From: a virus
Strand: one strand, 5' to 3'
Virus record (IMG/VR): IMGVR_UViG_3300042879_004946
Coordinates: 44,458-108,457 of that record
Length of the DNA stretch: 64,000 nt
The notes under the pieces were generated by a model. It did no database searches. It had not been told where the DNA came from and saw only the letters and a program-made list of their open reading frames with translations. Positions 48,606-58,364 of the stretch are shown in pieces (positions within the stretch are counted from its first letter, which is position 1; each line of letters starts with the position of its first letter). Made by a program: the position numbers and the translations under genes.

Positions 48606-51401
48606 TTACTCTATTTCTTCTATTTTTTCTTCTAAAATAAGAACAAAATTTCTAATAACATGATCCTCATCAGGATAATAACTATCTAATAGATATTCAA
48701 AATCAGTATCAATATACCCGTTTTTAAATCTACCAACTTCGTCTTGCATTAGGGATTCAATTAACCATTTAACGTTATCTGGCAGTTTTTCATCTTCAAA
48801 GTCTGGTGTATGGTTTACATAAGCAATAATATCATCCAAAAGAAAATCATACCTAAATTGTAATCCTGATTTTTCTTTTTTATCAAAAATAATCGTCTTT
48901 TGTCTTGAGTAGTCATCACCAAAAACATTTTCAATTTCAGAAATGGTTACATCTTTTGCATACTCAATTACAGTTGTTTCAAAAGCATTATTATAAGCTT
49001 TTTTAAATAATTTATTTAAATTATTAAAAATCGGTGCATTTTTAATTAAAATCTCTAAAAGGTAAGGTTCTAAACTAAGAATTATTTCATCATAAAGAAT
49101 AAAAGAAAACGTGCCATCGTCATCATTAATATTTTCTGCCCAATAATCAAAATCATCAACAAACTCTAAGTCCATGATGATTTTTTTATTTCTATATAAC
49201 ATTAGATATTCATTTACCATATATCTAACATCTTTATTTTCTAATAAATTAGAATACTCACCCTCAACATATGTGTTATTGTTTTTTTTATCAGTTTCTA
49301 AAACATAATAAGCATCACTAGAATTTTTAAAAAAATCACCTAAATAACTAATAAGGCCAGTAAAAACATAAAAAGTATCACCTTCTCTTTGGAGATAAAG
49401 CCTGTTTGGTGTGCCTTTTAAGGTTTGTTCTGCGATATTTAAAATCTTTTCTTTTAAACCACTTTTTTCATCTACTGGAGCATCGTCATAAGCCTTAATT
49501 AAAAATATATCATTTAATTCATTTTCTTTATTTAATTTTAAAAAATCAGAATACATTGCGTAATGATCAAAACCATAAAAAACTTTTAAAATTCTTTTTT
49601 TATTAATATCGGTATCAACATTAATATTAAAATCTGTTTTATTTTCAATAAAATTTTTAAAATTTTCATAATTTTTAAAAACTTTTTTTAACGTTCCCTC
49701 TTTTTCATCTTCTAAAATTTGATTTAAAAAATATTTGGCATCATCAGAATCAGAAACTTTTTCATTAAAATAATTTAAAAAAGCCTCTTCAGGGGACTTA
49801 CCCAAAGTTATGTAATCTTCAATTTTTAACTTATTTATTAAATTATTACTTATTAAATAGTTTAATAATTTTTCTTTATTTTCAGATTTGTTTACATAAT
49901 TTAAAACTTCTTCATTTGAAAATCCTAGACTTATTAATTGATCTTTAACACTGTCTAAATTTTTAAAAACATATTCTAAAGCCTCTTCCTGTTTAAATTT
50001 TCTTTTTAATAAGCCATTAATAGTTTTAGTATCTAAATCGGTGAAAATATTAATTCCGAAATTTTTTGCATAACCCCAAACTAAATCTATATTATCACCA
50101 AAAATTCTCATTAATTTTTGATAAACACTCGATCCTGTCCAACCACCACTACCGTATAAACCGGTTAAAATGGTGAATAAATTTTGATTTTCCCCAAATA
50201 AACTTAAAAATCTACTATCATTTATTAAATTTAAAAAATCATCTAAAGAAATTTTACCCGCTTCTATAGCATCAATAACGTACTCAGCCTTTCTACGAAG
50301 ATTAAACATGGTTGTAAGTGGATTAATACCGGCATCTTTATAACCTTGCCATATTTTAGTTGTTAAAGTTTCATAATCAACCACCTTCTCAGTACTACCG
50401 AACAAAATAAGTAAATCGTCATAATCAAAATAAGAAAAAGGATTAATATTGCGTTCTTTTAAATAATCACTTAAAATGTTTACCCCAATTTTTTCAACTA
50501 AAGCTCTTGGGCTTAAAACTTTTAATGGATCAATACCTTTTGATTTATACCATGTTAAAAGTTCAATACCGGTATATAAATTAGGAACTCCCTTGGAGTT
50601 TATTTGATATAAATAATCAACAATTACATCTCTAATAGTTGCCCATTTATCACCTAATTTTTCGGATGCAACATTTATTCGTGTTGGATTATCTGGTGCG
50701 TCAAAAGCTTCTACAGTTCCGTCGATTTCATTAACAAGAATTGCGGTTCTATACCAAGGATTACTTTGAGGTTCTTTTTTTTGTATGACATAAAATAAAG
50801 TACCCTTTCTAGTATAGCTTCTAAAATGAGAATCACTTTCTTTGTTTGTGGTACACCATTTAGTACCTGCACCGTAATAACAAGATGCTCGATGGGATTC
50901 TGGTATTACAATTAACAAATCAGGACTGTCGTATAAGATATTAGCTTCTAATTTTTTAACTTCCGATTTGGTTAATTTTTGTTTTGTATATTTTACTAAG
51001 ATCTCCATAAGGGTGATACCACCAGTACCAAAGTACGACATAATGTCTTTAGGTGCTTTATAAACTTTTTTTATCGTCTTACCCACCGGAGAACTTTCAA
51101 GAGGATCTAAATATGGGATAAAATTTTCTCTTTTGGCAATATCTTCTAATAACTCAGCATCTATTTTTGGTAAATTTTTATGAAAATCTTGTACAGTTTG
51201 AATTAAATTATCATTAAACAAAGTACTTGTTTTTGAATAGTTTTTTACTAAAAATTCTAAATATTTGTTATTACCAGAAGGATCGTCTTCTGACAGACTA
51301 TCTATTATTTCAGCTGGTACTGTTTTATATTTATTTTTAATATCGTCTAATCGACCCTCAAAAAGTATATCTTCTAATAAAAAATAATTTTTCATATACA
51401 A
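48606..51401 (-). CDS. Large hypothetical protein with N-terminal PcfJ-like (G.GTKWC) domain
   Basis: Motifs shared with 28694..29434; LLE/LFE near the N-terminus; promoter-like motif at the start. Confidence 0.65.
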   Translation of the reverse strand: MYMKNYFLLEDILFEGRLDDIKNKYKTVPAEIIDSLSEDDPSGNNKYLEFLVKNYSKTSTLFNDNLIQTVQDFHKNLPKIDAELLEDIAKRENFIPYLDPLESSPVGKTIKKVYKAPKDIMSYFGTGGITLMEILVKYTKQKLTKSEVKKLEANILYDSPDLLIVIPESHRASCYYGAGTKWCTTNKESDSHFRSYTRKGTLFYVIQKKEPQSNPWYRTAILVNEIDGTVEAFDAPDNPTRINVASEKLGDKWATIRDVIVDYLYQINSKGVPNLYTGIELLTWYKSKGIDPLKVLSPRALVEKIGVNILSDYLKERNINPFSYFDYDDLLILFGSTEKVVDYETLTTKIWQGYKDAGINPLTTMFNLRRKAEYVIDAIEAGKISLDDFLNLINDSRFLSLFGENQNLFTILTGLYGSGGWTGSSVYQKLMRIFGDNIDLVWGYAKNFGINIFTDLDTKTINGLLKRKFKQEEALEYVFKNLDSVKDQLISLGFSNEEVLNYVNKSENKEKLLNYLISNNLINKLKIEDYITLGKSPEEAFLNYFNEKVSDSDDAKYFLNQILEDEKEGTLKKVFKNYENFKNFIENKTDFNINVDTDINKKRILKVFYGFDHYAMYSDFLKLNKENELNDIFLIKAYDDAPVDEKSGLKEKILNIAEQTLKGTPNRLYLQREGDTFYVFTGLISYLGDFFKNSSDAYYVLETDKKNNNTYVEGEYSNLLENKDVRYMVNEYLMLYRNKKIIMDLEFVDDFDYWAENINDDDGTFSFILYDEIILSLEPYLLEILIKNAPIFNNLNKLFKKAYNNAFETTVIEYAKDVTISEIENVFGDDYSRQKTIIFDKKEKSGLQFRYDFLLDDIIAYVNHTPDFEDEKLPDNVKWLIESLMQDEVGRFKNGYIDTDFEYLLDSYYPDEDHVIRNFVLILEEKIEEIE

Positions 51402-51434
51402 TAAATATCATAACAGAATTAAATGTGAACAGTT

Positions 51435-51469
51435 AAAAAAAAACCCACCTGGAGCGAACAGATGGGCTT
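51435..51469 (-). terminator. Intrinsic terminator
   Basis: Minus strand AAGCCCATCTG-TTCGCTC-CAGGTGGG-T9. Confidence 0.8.
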
Positions 51470-51513
51470 GTGTGAGGAATGACCCCATAACTTAACGGTC
51501 CTAAGCGTTAAGA
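51470..51513 (-). ncRNA. Candidate structured RNA element with complementarity to 23S rRNA H69
   Basis: Hairpin CTTAACG-CTTAGGAC-CGTTAAG, a second hairpin and then the terminator; the plus strand reads CCATAACTTAACGGTCCTAAG. Confidence 0.4.
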
Positions 51514-51518
51514 TTTTT

Positions 51519-53309
51519 TTAACCAAATTTTTTATCTAAAATACTTTGTAAATAAGCTACTGCTTTATAGTCACCAGAATCTAAAGCCTCATCCCTGGCG
51601 TCCTCAAGGTCTCTTTTCGACCAAGTTTCTGGGTTATCAACATTTTCTTCTTTTTTAGTGATTAAAGACTTTAGAATTGGATCTTCATCATCATCACCAC
51701 CTACAGTTTCTGGTTTATCATCATCATCGTCATCACGATATTCACTAAAGGCCTGTTCTACCGCTTCTTCATTTTTTTCTCTGATAACACCAAAAACAAT
51801 ATCTTTTAAATTTTCAATTGCCTCTGGATCGTCATTCATTAAATTATTAATTAATTCACTAAATTCTGTAGCAGGTAATTGTGATATTTTTTGTAGAATT
51901 TCAGCTTTATAAGCCAAGTGGTCAACATCTAAAATATCTAAAAACTTCTCCCAAATTCTAGAACCAAGACGAATATCCATAGTTTCAGATTCCAAATTAT
52001 CTGTTTTATCTTCAACGTAATCTCTAGTTTCTTTATCTTGTTCACGACCCCATGTGGTAATTAATTCAATGACACCTTTTGTTAATTCGTGTAATAAAAA
52101 TGGGAATGTCATTCCTTCAGCCTCAATAAGTGGTTTTTTACCCGCAGCTGGTGGTTTACCATGTGGGTAAACTCTAACTTGTCCAGCGTGAGTACCGCTT
52201 TGGCCTTCACGTTTAATAGTATCATCATCTAAAGCCCAATATATAAAATCATTGCTAGCCATAATGTTACCATAACCACTAACTAAATCAGGATCAATTC
52301 TGTTTAATTCATCTGACGCTAAATGAAATAAGTTTTGACCTTTACGAGCCGCACCATGTATCATTGCATTTATAAGCCTACGTTTTGTGACATTTGGTTT
52401 TAACTCTTCCTCTGTTTTACCTTCTGGTGGTCTTTTGGTGCCTTTGTTCATTTTTAAACCTGTTTTTGTAATTTCTCTACCACCTAGTTGTGGATGACCT
52501 GTGATTTCTGCTTTAAAATCAACACTGCCAACTGGAACGTTATATTCCTCAGACACCAATTTAATAGCTAGATTTTCTAATTCTCTTTTGTTTGCCACTT
52601 CTTTTTGTAAGACATTACTTAAACTATCAAACAAAACTCTAGTCGCATTTTGTAAGTTAACCCTTCTACCTGTTTTTGCTTCAAAATTTCTTGTAACATC
52701 ACTAATAATGTCGTTAGAAATTCTTCTAATAGTTTCAGGGTCTAAATGTTCTGAATAATCAGTCTCACCTCTTTCGATTTTACGACGTAAATTATCATCC
52801 ATACCTTCTTTTAATAGGGTTTTTTGAATATTTTCAAGAATTTCTTTTTTAGTAATTTTAGTTGGTTCCGAATTTTCTACCATTCTAAAAATATCTTTTT
52901 TTGTTAATTTTGCCATTTTTTGTTTTTTTATATTTTCTGTAACACCTGTTTTAAGTGTTGTTTCTAATTTATTTTCTTCAGTTTCTGGTGTTGATTTTAA
53001 AGCCCTAATTTCATTTTCTAAAGATGTGATTTCATTTTTTAATTGTGGCATTTGATCTTTTAAAATGTCATCAAGTTGAGCTTGCCTTTGTGATTTTTCA
53101 GCACTTTTGGCGGCTTTCGCCTTAGATTTTTCAACACTAATATTTTTTGGATCTTCAGAAGTTGTTGATGGGTTAGAAGCTTCTTTACCTAAAAGAGAAA
53201 TTTGCATATTTTTTATTTGTGCTTGTTTAGGTAAACTACTAAGCTTATCTTTTTTAACTTTTAGTTGGTCTTGTAATTCTTTTATTCTTTCTTCTTTAGT
53301 TTTAGACAT
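51519..53309 (-). CDS. Hypothetical protein, probably virion-associated
   Basis: 596-aa ORF, coiled-coil N-terminus, LLKE site, LLHELTKG. Confidence 0.65.
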   Translation of the reverse strand: MSKTKEERIKELQDQLKVKKDKLSSLPKQAQIKNMQISLLGKEASNPSTTSEDPKNISVEKSKAKAAKSAEKSQRQAQLDDILKDQMPQLKNEITSLENEIRALKSTPETEENKLETTLKTGVTENIKKQKMAKLTKKDIFRMVENSEPTKITKKEILENIQKTLLKEGMDDNLRRKIERGETDYSEHLDPETIRRISNDIISDVTRNFEAKTGRRVNLQNATRVLFDSLSNVLQKEVANKRELENLAIKLVSEEYNVPVGSVDFKAEITGHPQLGGREITKTGLKMNKGTKRPPEGKTEEELKPNVTKRRLINAMIHGAARKGQNLFHLASDELNRIDPDLVSGYGNIMASNDFIYWALDDDTIKREGQSGTHAGQVRVYPHGKPPAAGKKPLIEAEGMTFPFLLHELTKGVIELITTWGREQDKETRDYVEDKTDNLESETMDIRLGSRIWEKFLDILDVDHLAYKAEILQKISQLPATEFSELINNLMNDDPEAIENLKDIVFGVIREKNEEAVEQAFSEYRDDDDDDKPETVGGDDDEDPILKSLITKKEENVDNPETWSKRDLEDARDEALDSGDYKAVAYLQSILDKKFG

Positions 53310-53725
53310 TACTTTCTAATTTTAAAATCGTCATAATTTAAAACCAAATCAAGTGAATAGAGTTTTTCTTCAACTGATTTTTGGTTTTCACCAAATTTAA
53401 AAACCAATCTTTCTTCTGGATAATCATTACCATCTTCTAATTTCTCCCAAGCTAAAGCTATAATACCTTCAACAGCATTGTAAATTTGAAAAACACCTGA
53501 ATTTTGTATTAATTCCAAATCTAATTCTGATGTTTTTAACCCACCAACAAGTTTAATAAAACTTGAATCAGGGGTTAAGTCGTTCTTATCGTTAATAACC
53601 GAAGATTCGTACCAAGATTCGTCCCAGTCCCAGTTTGTTCTATCTGAAAACAAAAATTCAAAGATATGTTCACCTTTGAAATTTGTCCCAATTTTATTGA
53701 CGTATATAAGATATAAATCTTTCAT
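53309..53725 (-). CDS. Hypothetical protein
   Basis: Translationally coupled (TAATG) on both sides. Confidence 0.65.
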   Translation of the reverse strand: MKDLYLIYVNKIGTNFKGEHIFEFLFSDRTNWDWDESWYESSVINDKNDLTPDSSFIKLVGGLKTSELDLELIQNSGVFQIYNAVEGIIALAWEKLEDGNDYPEERLVFKFGENQKSVEEKLYSLDLVLNYDDFKIRK

Positions 53726-55938
53726 TAATAATTTCTGTTAAATCTAGCTTTTGGTGCAGGTTCCTCACCGGGTTCAATAAAAGGCGGAGGCGTAAAAGGA
53801 CTTGGTTTAGTACCAGGTCTGGTGCCAGGCTTAATACCAGGTTCAGTTTTTGGCCTTTCTTTAGGTCTAGCGGGTGCAGGATTTCTCATATCAATATTTT
53901 TTTCATCCAAATATTCCTCAAAATCTAAATAAGAATCAACTGGTTGACCTGTAAATTTTTTATTTTTCATTTGACCCATTTCAATATCACCAACAGAATT
54001 AATTCTAACTTTTCCAACTACTTTGTTGTTTTTTTTAAGTTCTAAATAAATTGTTTTTTCTTCTGGATCGGAAGATTTGTCTTTATGACAATAACCAACC
54101 TTTAAACCGTGCTTTAATGCCATTTCTTCAACATCCATAAAAGCTTGTTCTTGTTCATAAGTTTCCATTTTATCAACCAAAGATTCTCTTATAATATTTT
54201 TTTTAGTTTTAATAGACTCATAAACATAAGAATTACATCCACTTCCATCCACAGTAAAAGGCTCGTCTACTTCATAATTTGACTCAGTTCTAGGTATAAA
54301 ACCAATACCCATACAATCGTGACAATCATTAAATTTACCTTGGCAAGTTGGGCAGGTCGTATACATTTCACTCGACATAAAATCTTCTTGGTCTCTCATA
54401 TACTCGTTATGGTATTCAGCTTTTGGTGCAGGTTCCTCACCGGGTTCAATAAAAGGCGGAGGCGTAAAAGGACTTGGTTTAGTACCAGGTCTGGTGCCAG
54501 GCTTAATACCAGGTTCAGTTTTTGGCCTTTCTTTAGGTCTAGCGGGTGCAGGATTTCTCATCATTCTTTCGTCATACATATAATCTTCACTAGAGCCCAT
54601 ATTCTCTAGAGTTCTAATGTCTCTAGCTAAATCACTAACCTCAGAGAAGTTATAAATAACAGGTTCACTAAAATCTCTCATCGCTTTTTCTTTAATGTGC
54701 TCAGGAATTTCAGAATAATTAATTTCATTTGAGATGTACATCCTATAACCGTCACGATCAATTTCAACCATACCAAACTTACCTTGAATGTCGTTATTGC
54801 CCACTTTAAATTTTTTATCCCCTCCTAACTTCCTAACCAAAGTGTTTTTTATATTTTCAATATCATAAATCTCAAGATTTCTACCTTTAATTTTTGAACC
54901 ATATTTTGTATATTTTGACATATAATCGCTTTCACCGATTTCATCGTCTAAAATTAAATCCATTTCTTTACCACCTCTCATAACTCTAATTGGTTCGGTT
55001 TCATCACCGGCAATATTTGGATTACTCGCCCCTGATAAAATTTCTTCTTTTTCTTTTTCTGACAATTCATCCCAATTAGCCATATTATCATATTTAGACA
55101 TGTAACTCATAAAATCGAATTCTTCATCAGAACTTTCACTTTTCCTTTTCTTAACCGCTCTAATGATGTCTTTTTTATCATTAGAATCCATATTTTCTAG
55201 GTCTAAAGCTGAAATTACGCTCTTAACAACCCATTTCATGGTGTCAGATGATAGATCTTCCGTGTCTCTAATTTTTTGACCTAATTTACCAGTCAATCTT
55301 TGAATATCTTTAATAGGATCATCCTCTAAATCGTAATCTTCATCGTCTTCATCAAATTCTTCCTCACTATCTTCCTCGGTTTCTTCCTCACCACCAAAAT
55401 CAAATTCTTCCTCACTATCTTCCTCGGTTTCTTCCTCACCACCAAAATCAAATTCTTCTTCACTACCTTCCTCACTACCTTCCTCACCACCAAAATCAAA
55501 TTCTTCTTCACTACCTTCCTCACCACCAAAATCAAATTCTTCCTCAGCTGGAGTTTCTTTAGCTGGTTCTGTTTTCTTTTTTTTATTTTTTAAAACAAAT
55601 TTTTTTTCGGTTATGATATCAGATGACAAAATATCATTATTTTTTTCAACACCATAAGTTCTATTAAAATCTTCGAACATAATATTAAGTCTCTTAACGG
55701 CTTCTTCATAAGATTGATATTGATTTTTTGTTTTATTAGCCAAACCACCAATATAATCGTAATCAATACCGTCATTAGATTCTTTAATGAAGTATTTTTT
55801 ATTTTCTCTCACAATGCCATAAAATTTACCGTTAGGTGATTTTTTTTGTAATTCTATTGCGGAGTTTGATATGTTTTCATTAATAGGTTTTTTAATACCC
55901 ATTAGTTCTATCATCCTTTTTAAGTCTTTGTTGGTCAT
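53725..55938 (-). CDS. Acidic, repeat-rich probable prohead-core/internal protein
   Basis: RMIELMG..INE leader, EEEFDFGGEE repeats, duplicated Pro-rich module. Confidence 0.65.
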   Translation of the reverse strand: MTNKDLKRMIELMGIKKPINENISNSAIELQKKSPNGKFYGIVRENKKYFIKESNDGIDYDYIGGLANKTKNQYQSYEEAVKRLNIMFEDFNRTYGVEKNNDILSSDIITEKKFVLKNKKKKTEPAKETPAEEEFDFGGEEGSEEEFDFGGEEGSEEGSEEEFDFGGEEETEEDSEEEFDFGGEEETEEDSEEEFDEDDEDYDLEDDPIKDIQRLTGKLGQKIRDTEDLSSDTMKWVVKSVISALDLENMDSNDKKDIIRAVKKRKSESSDEEFDFMSYMSKYDNMANWDELSEKEKEEILSGASNPNIAGDETEPIRVMRGGKEMDLILDDEIGESDYMSKYTKYGSKIKGRNLEIYDIENIKNTLVRKLGGDKKFKVGNNDIQGKFGMVEIDRDGYRMYISNEINYSEIPEHIKEKAMRDFSEPVIYNFSEVSDLARDIRTLENMGSSEDYMYDERMMRNPAPARPKERPKTEPGIKPGTRPGTKPSPFTPPPFIEPGEEPAPKAEYHNEYMRDQEDFMSSEMYTTCPTCQGKFNDCHDCMGIGFIPRTESNYEVDEPFTVDGSGCNSYVYESIKTKKNIIRESLVDKMETYEQEQAFMDVEEMALKHGLKVGYCHKDKSSDPEEKTIYLELKKNNKVVGKVRINSVGDIEMGQMKNKKFTGQPVDSYLDFEEYLDEKNIDMRNPAPARPKERPKTEPGIKPGTRPGTKPSPFTPPPFIEPGEEPAPKARFNRNY
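53746..54561. repeat. Identical 144-bp direct repeat (53746-53889 and 54418-54561)
   Basis: Both copies encode MRNPAPARPKERPKTEPGIKPGTRPGTKPSPFTPPPFIEPGEEPAPKA. Confidence 0.95.
55350..55545 (-). repeat. Tandem EEEFDFGGEE repeats
   Basis: Recurrent TTCCTCACCACCAAAATCAAATTCTTC. Confidence 0.9.
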
Positions 55939-55958
55939 ATTTAGTTATTTTAATATAA

Positions 55959-56255
55959 TTATTTAATTGAAAAACTTCCAGGACTATTACCTTTATCACT
56001 AGATAGTGGATTCTCCCAGAAACCGATTGTTGTTCCAGAAGTGGCACCAAATTTTTTACCCCCTATTAAAAAAACATTACCACTTATTTGTGATGCATTA
56101 GCAACACCAATAGGTAAAATTATAGGTCCTACGGTGGTAGGTAATGTAACACCATTTATTGTTACTGAAGTACTACTTGGTACTAATATGGATGTATACC
56201 AGTAGTTATTAAAATTGGCCCCACTAACTGGGTGTATTATTTCTCCTTGTGTCAT
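55959..56255 (-). CDS. Hypothetical protein
   Basis: ORF with promoter motif at 56267-56275. Confidence 0.6.
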   Translation of the reverse strand: MTQGEIIHPVSGANFNNYWYTSILVPSSTSVTINGVTLPTTVGPIILPIGVANASQISGNVFLIGGKKFGATSGTTIGFWENPLSSDKGNSPGSFSIK

Positions 56256-56294
56256 TTTTATTTTTTTATAAATATCTATTAATTTGTATTATTT

Positions 56295-57077
56295 TTATTT
56301 TTTATTAGTTGATGGTAAAGAAACTTGTTTATCATATGCAACCGTTTTAATATCTGATAATCTTTCTAACATACCATTACGTCTTAAAACTTTAAAAACC
56401 ATATTCTCAACAGAAAATTCACCGGCCTTATCTAGACCTGCTTGACGCATTTTTTTTATTTTATCTTTAATTTTATCAGCTTTTTGAACGATATTTTCGT
56501 AATTTTTTTCTTTTTTCATCTCATCATATAAATCATCAATACTATCCATTATACGATTAGATTTTAATTTAACATTAATATTGTCAATTTTTATTGGTTT
56601 TTTTTCAGGCTTAACTATCCATTTATTTTTTAAAATAGAATAGACGCCAGTTGAAACATGTTCTTCCGCTATGTCTTGAACGTAAAGTTCTACATCGTAA
56701 CCATAGATTTTAACATCGTGATTTTGATTCCAACTAGTGCTTTTTGTTTTTAAAAAATCTTGAACCAATCTTTCATCAACCGGAACTTCTTTATAATCAA
56801 TAAGTATGTGTAAATCAACATCTGAATATTTAGACCAATTATAATTTGCTAAACTACCAGTAAAAGTAACGTCTTCAATGTCAACGCCTGGTAATTCTAA
56901 ACTTTCAAAATAATCATCAGCAATTTTAAGTAAATTTTTTCTAATTTCCGGTTGTAAAATATCACCACCCCAAATTCTAGGGTTTAATTTTTTTTGGGTT
57001 TGAAAGCCTGTTAGATCAACTTCCCTATCACTTTGTGTAATTTTTTTTATTTCATTTATTAATTGATATTTTTTCAT
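56295..57077 (-). CDS. Pol-beta-superfamily nucleotidyltransferase
   Basis: FTGSLANYNWSKYSDVDLHI (hGS..DxD) and VELYVQ. Confidence 0.8.
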   Translation of the reverse strand: MKKYQLINEIKKITQSDREVDLTGFQTQKKLNPRIWGGDILQPEIRKNLLKIADDYFESLELPGVDIEDVTFTGSLANYNWSKYSDVDLHILIDYKEVPVDERLVQDFLKTKSTSWNQNHDVKIYGYDVELYVQDIAEEHVSTGVYSILKNKWIVKPEKKPIKIDNINVKLKSNRIMDSIDDLYDEMKKEKNYENIVQKADKIKDKIKKMRQAGLDKAGEFSVENMVFKVLRRNGMLERLSDIKTVAYDKQVSLPSTNKK

Positions 57078-57116
57078 GATCTTAAATATTCTTAAAATTA
57101 AAGATATTTATAATTT

Positions 57117-57449
57117 ATGAAAAAGAAATTTATTTTAACAGAAAACCAAGTTAAAAAATTATTAGAAATGAGGGTCAATGACTTTAATTTAGAAGACATT
57201 GTAAAGCATTTAGAATCTATTGAATGTACCGGTGATGATTTAAAATATTTAGTTAAAGATGTTTTATTTAAATATGGTTACGAAGATATCTCTGTTATTT
57301 TTTTAGGGCACGAAGAAAAAACTAAAAATTTAAAATATATCGCATACACTGAAGGCCCTATTTTTATTTATAAAACAAAATCAGATGTCTCTATCGACGA
57401 TAGGCCTTGTTTAACTATTTATGATGTTAAAGCCTATCAAGAGATATAA
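57117..57449 (+). CDS. Hypothetical protein with FILTENQVKKLLE leader
   Basis: Promoter motif at 57104-57112. Confidence 0.65.
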   Translation: MKKKFILTENQVKKLLEMRVNDFNLEDIVKHLESIECTGDDLKYLVKDVLFKYGYEDISVIFLGHEEKTKNLKYIAYTEGPIFIYKTKSDVSIDDRPCLTIYDVKAYQEI

Positions 57450-58047
57450 TATCTTTTGATTCTAATAATGTCAAACTAAAAGAATTACCATGTATTTTTG
57501 CTGCTTTTTTACATATTGACATAAAAGCATCAAAATCCATAACTCTTTTAAAAACTAAACAACCTGCTGACCAATTTTCCACCCAGGTAGAATCACGGCC
57601 AGCTTTATGTATATTAATACCGTATAAGCCTTCAGTTATCTTGTTTTCATCATATTCTAGATCAAAATCATCATCACGATAAACTTTAACATTTCTTTGT
57701 TGGCGAAGGGCTTCGTATCTGCCTTGATGTAATCCTATTGTGTGTGAACCTCGGTATTGTCCAGGTATTAATCTAGCACAACCACCAGTTATACCCATTT
57801 TTTGCCATTCTAACATACTTTTTTTACCTGGGTCTGTTGTTGCTGACCAAATATGGAATTTCCAAATACCATTTTCTTTATAAGAAATGGTTAACCAATC
57901 ATCAAATACATTAGTGACATTTTTACCTGTTGAGGAATTTCTAATACCTATGATATTAACATCGTAACCTTTGTTTTCCGCATCTTCAAACCAAACGTAA
58001 CCTTTTGATTTTACGGTCTTTTCGATTTGCTCTCTTGTATAACTCAT
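57427..58047 (-). CDS. Putative cell-wall enzyme with a YkuD/L,D-transpeptidase-like motif
   Basis: GINIHKAG..NWSAGCLV (H..SxGC). Confidence 0.55.
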   Translation of the reverse strand: MSYTREQIEKTVKSKGYVWFEDAENKGYDVNIIGIRNSSTGKNVTNVFDDWLTISYKENGIWKFHIWSATTDPGKKSMLEWQKMGITGGCARLIPGQYRGSHTIGLHQGRYEALRQQRNVKVYRDDDFDLEYDENKITEGLYGINIHKAGRDSTWVENWSAGCLVFKRVMDFDAFMSICKKAAKIHGNSFSLTLLESKDIISLDRL

Positions 58048-58194
58048 GACATTTATTTTAATAAATAAATATCATGAATTTTACCTTTTAAAAGATTATA
58101 TGTCTAGTAATCGATAAATTGAGTATCCCCATTAGGTGACATCACAATATAACCACCTTTCACTCCATTTATTATAGTAATTTCCCACATAATT

Positions 58195-58338
58195 TTATTT
58201 TTTTATTGAAATATATAAACCATTATACCATCCGAAAATTTCAGTATCAAATTCTCGGTTTTTTTTAAAATCTTTAAAATCAATTTCGATTTCTATAAAA
58301 AAAGATTCATTTGGGAACCTTGCTAATATTTTTTTCAT
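58195..58338 (-). CDS. Hypothetical protein, 47 aa
   Basis: MKKILARFPNESFFIEIEIDF..; fills the intergenic gap on the coding strand. Confidence 0.4.
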   Translation of the reverse strand: MKKILARFPNESFFIEIEIDFKDFKKNREFDTEIFGWYNGLYISIKK

Positions 58339-58364
58339 ATAAATTAATTAATTTTAGTTTATAT

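Noticed and set aside
51485-51505. rRNA gene
   Set aside because: Only ~21 nt of similarity in a ~117-bp intergenic gap. No tRNA or rRNA gene was recognised anywhere in the window.
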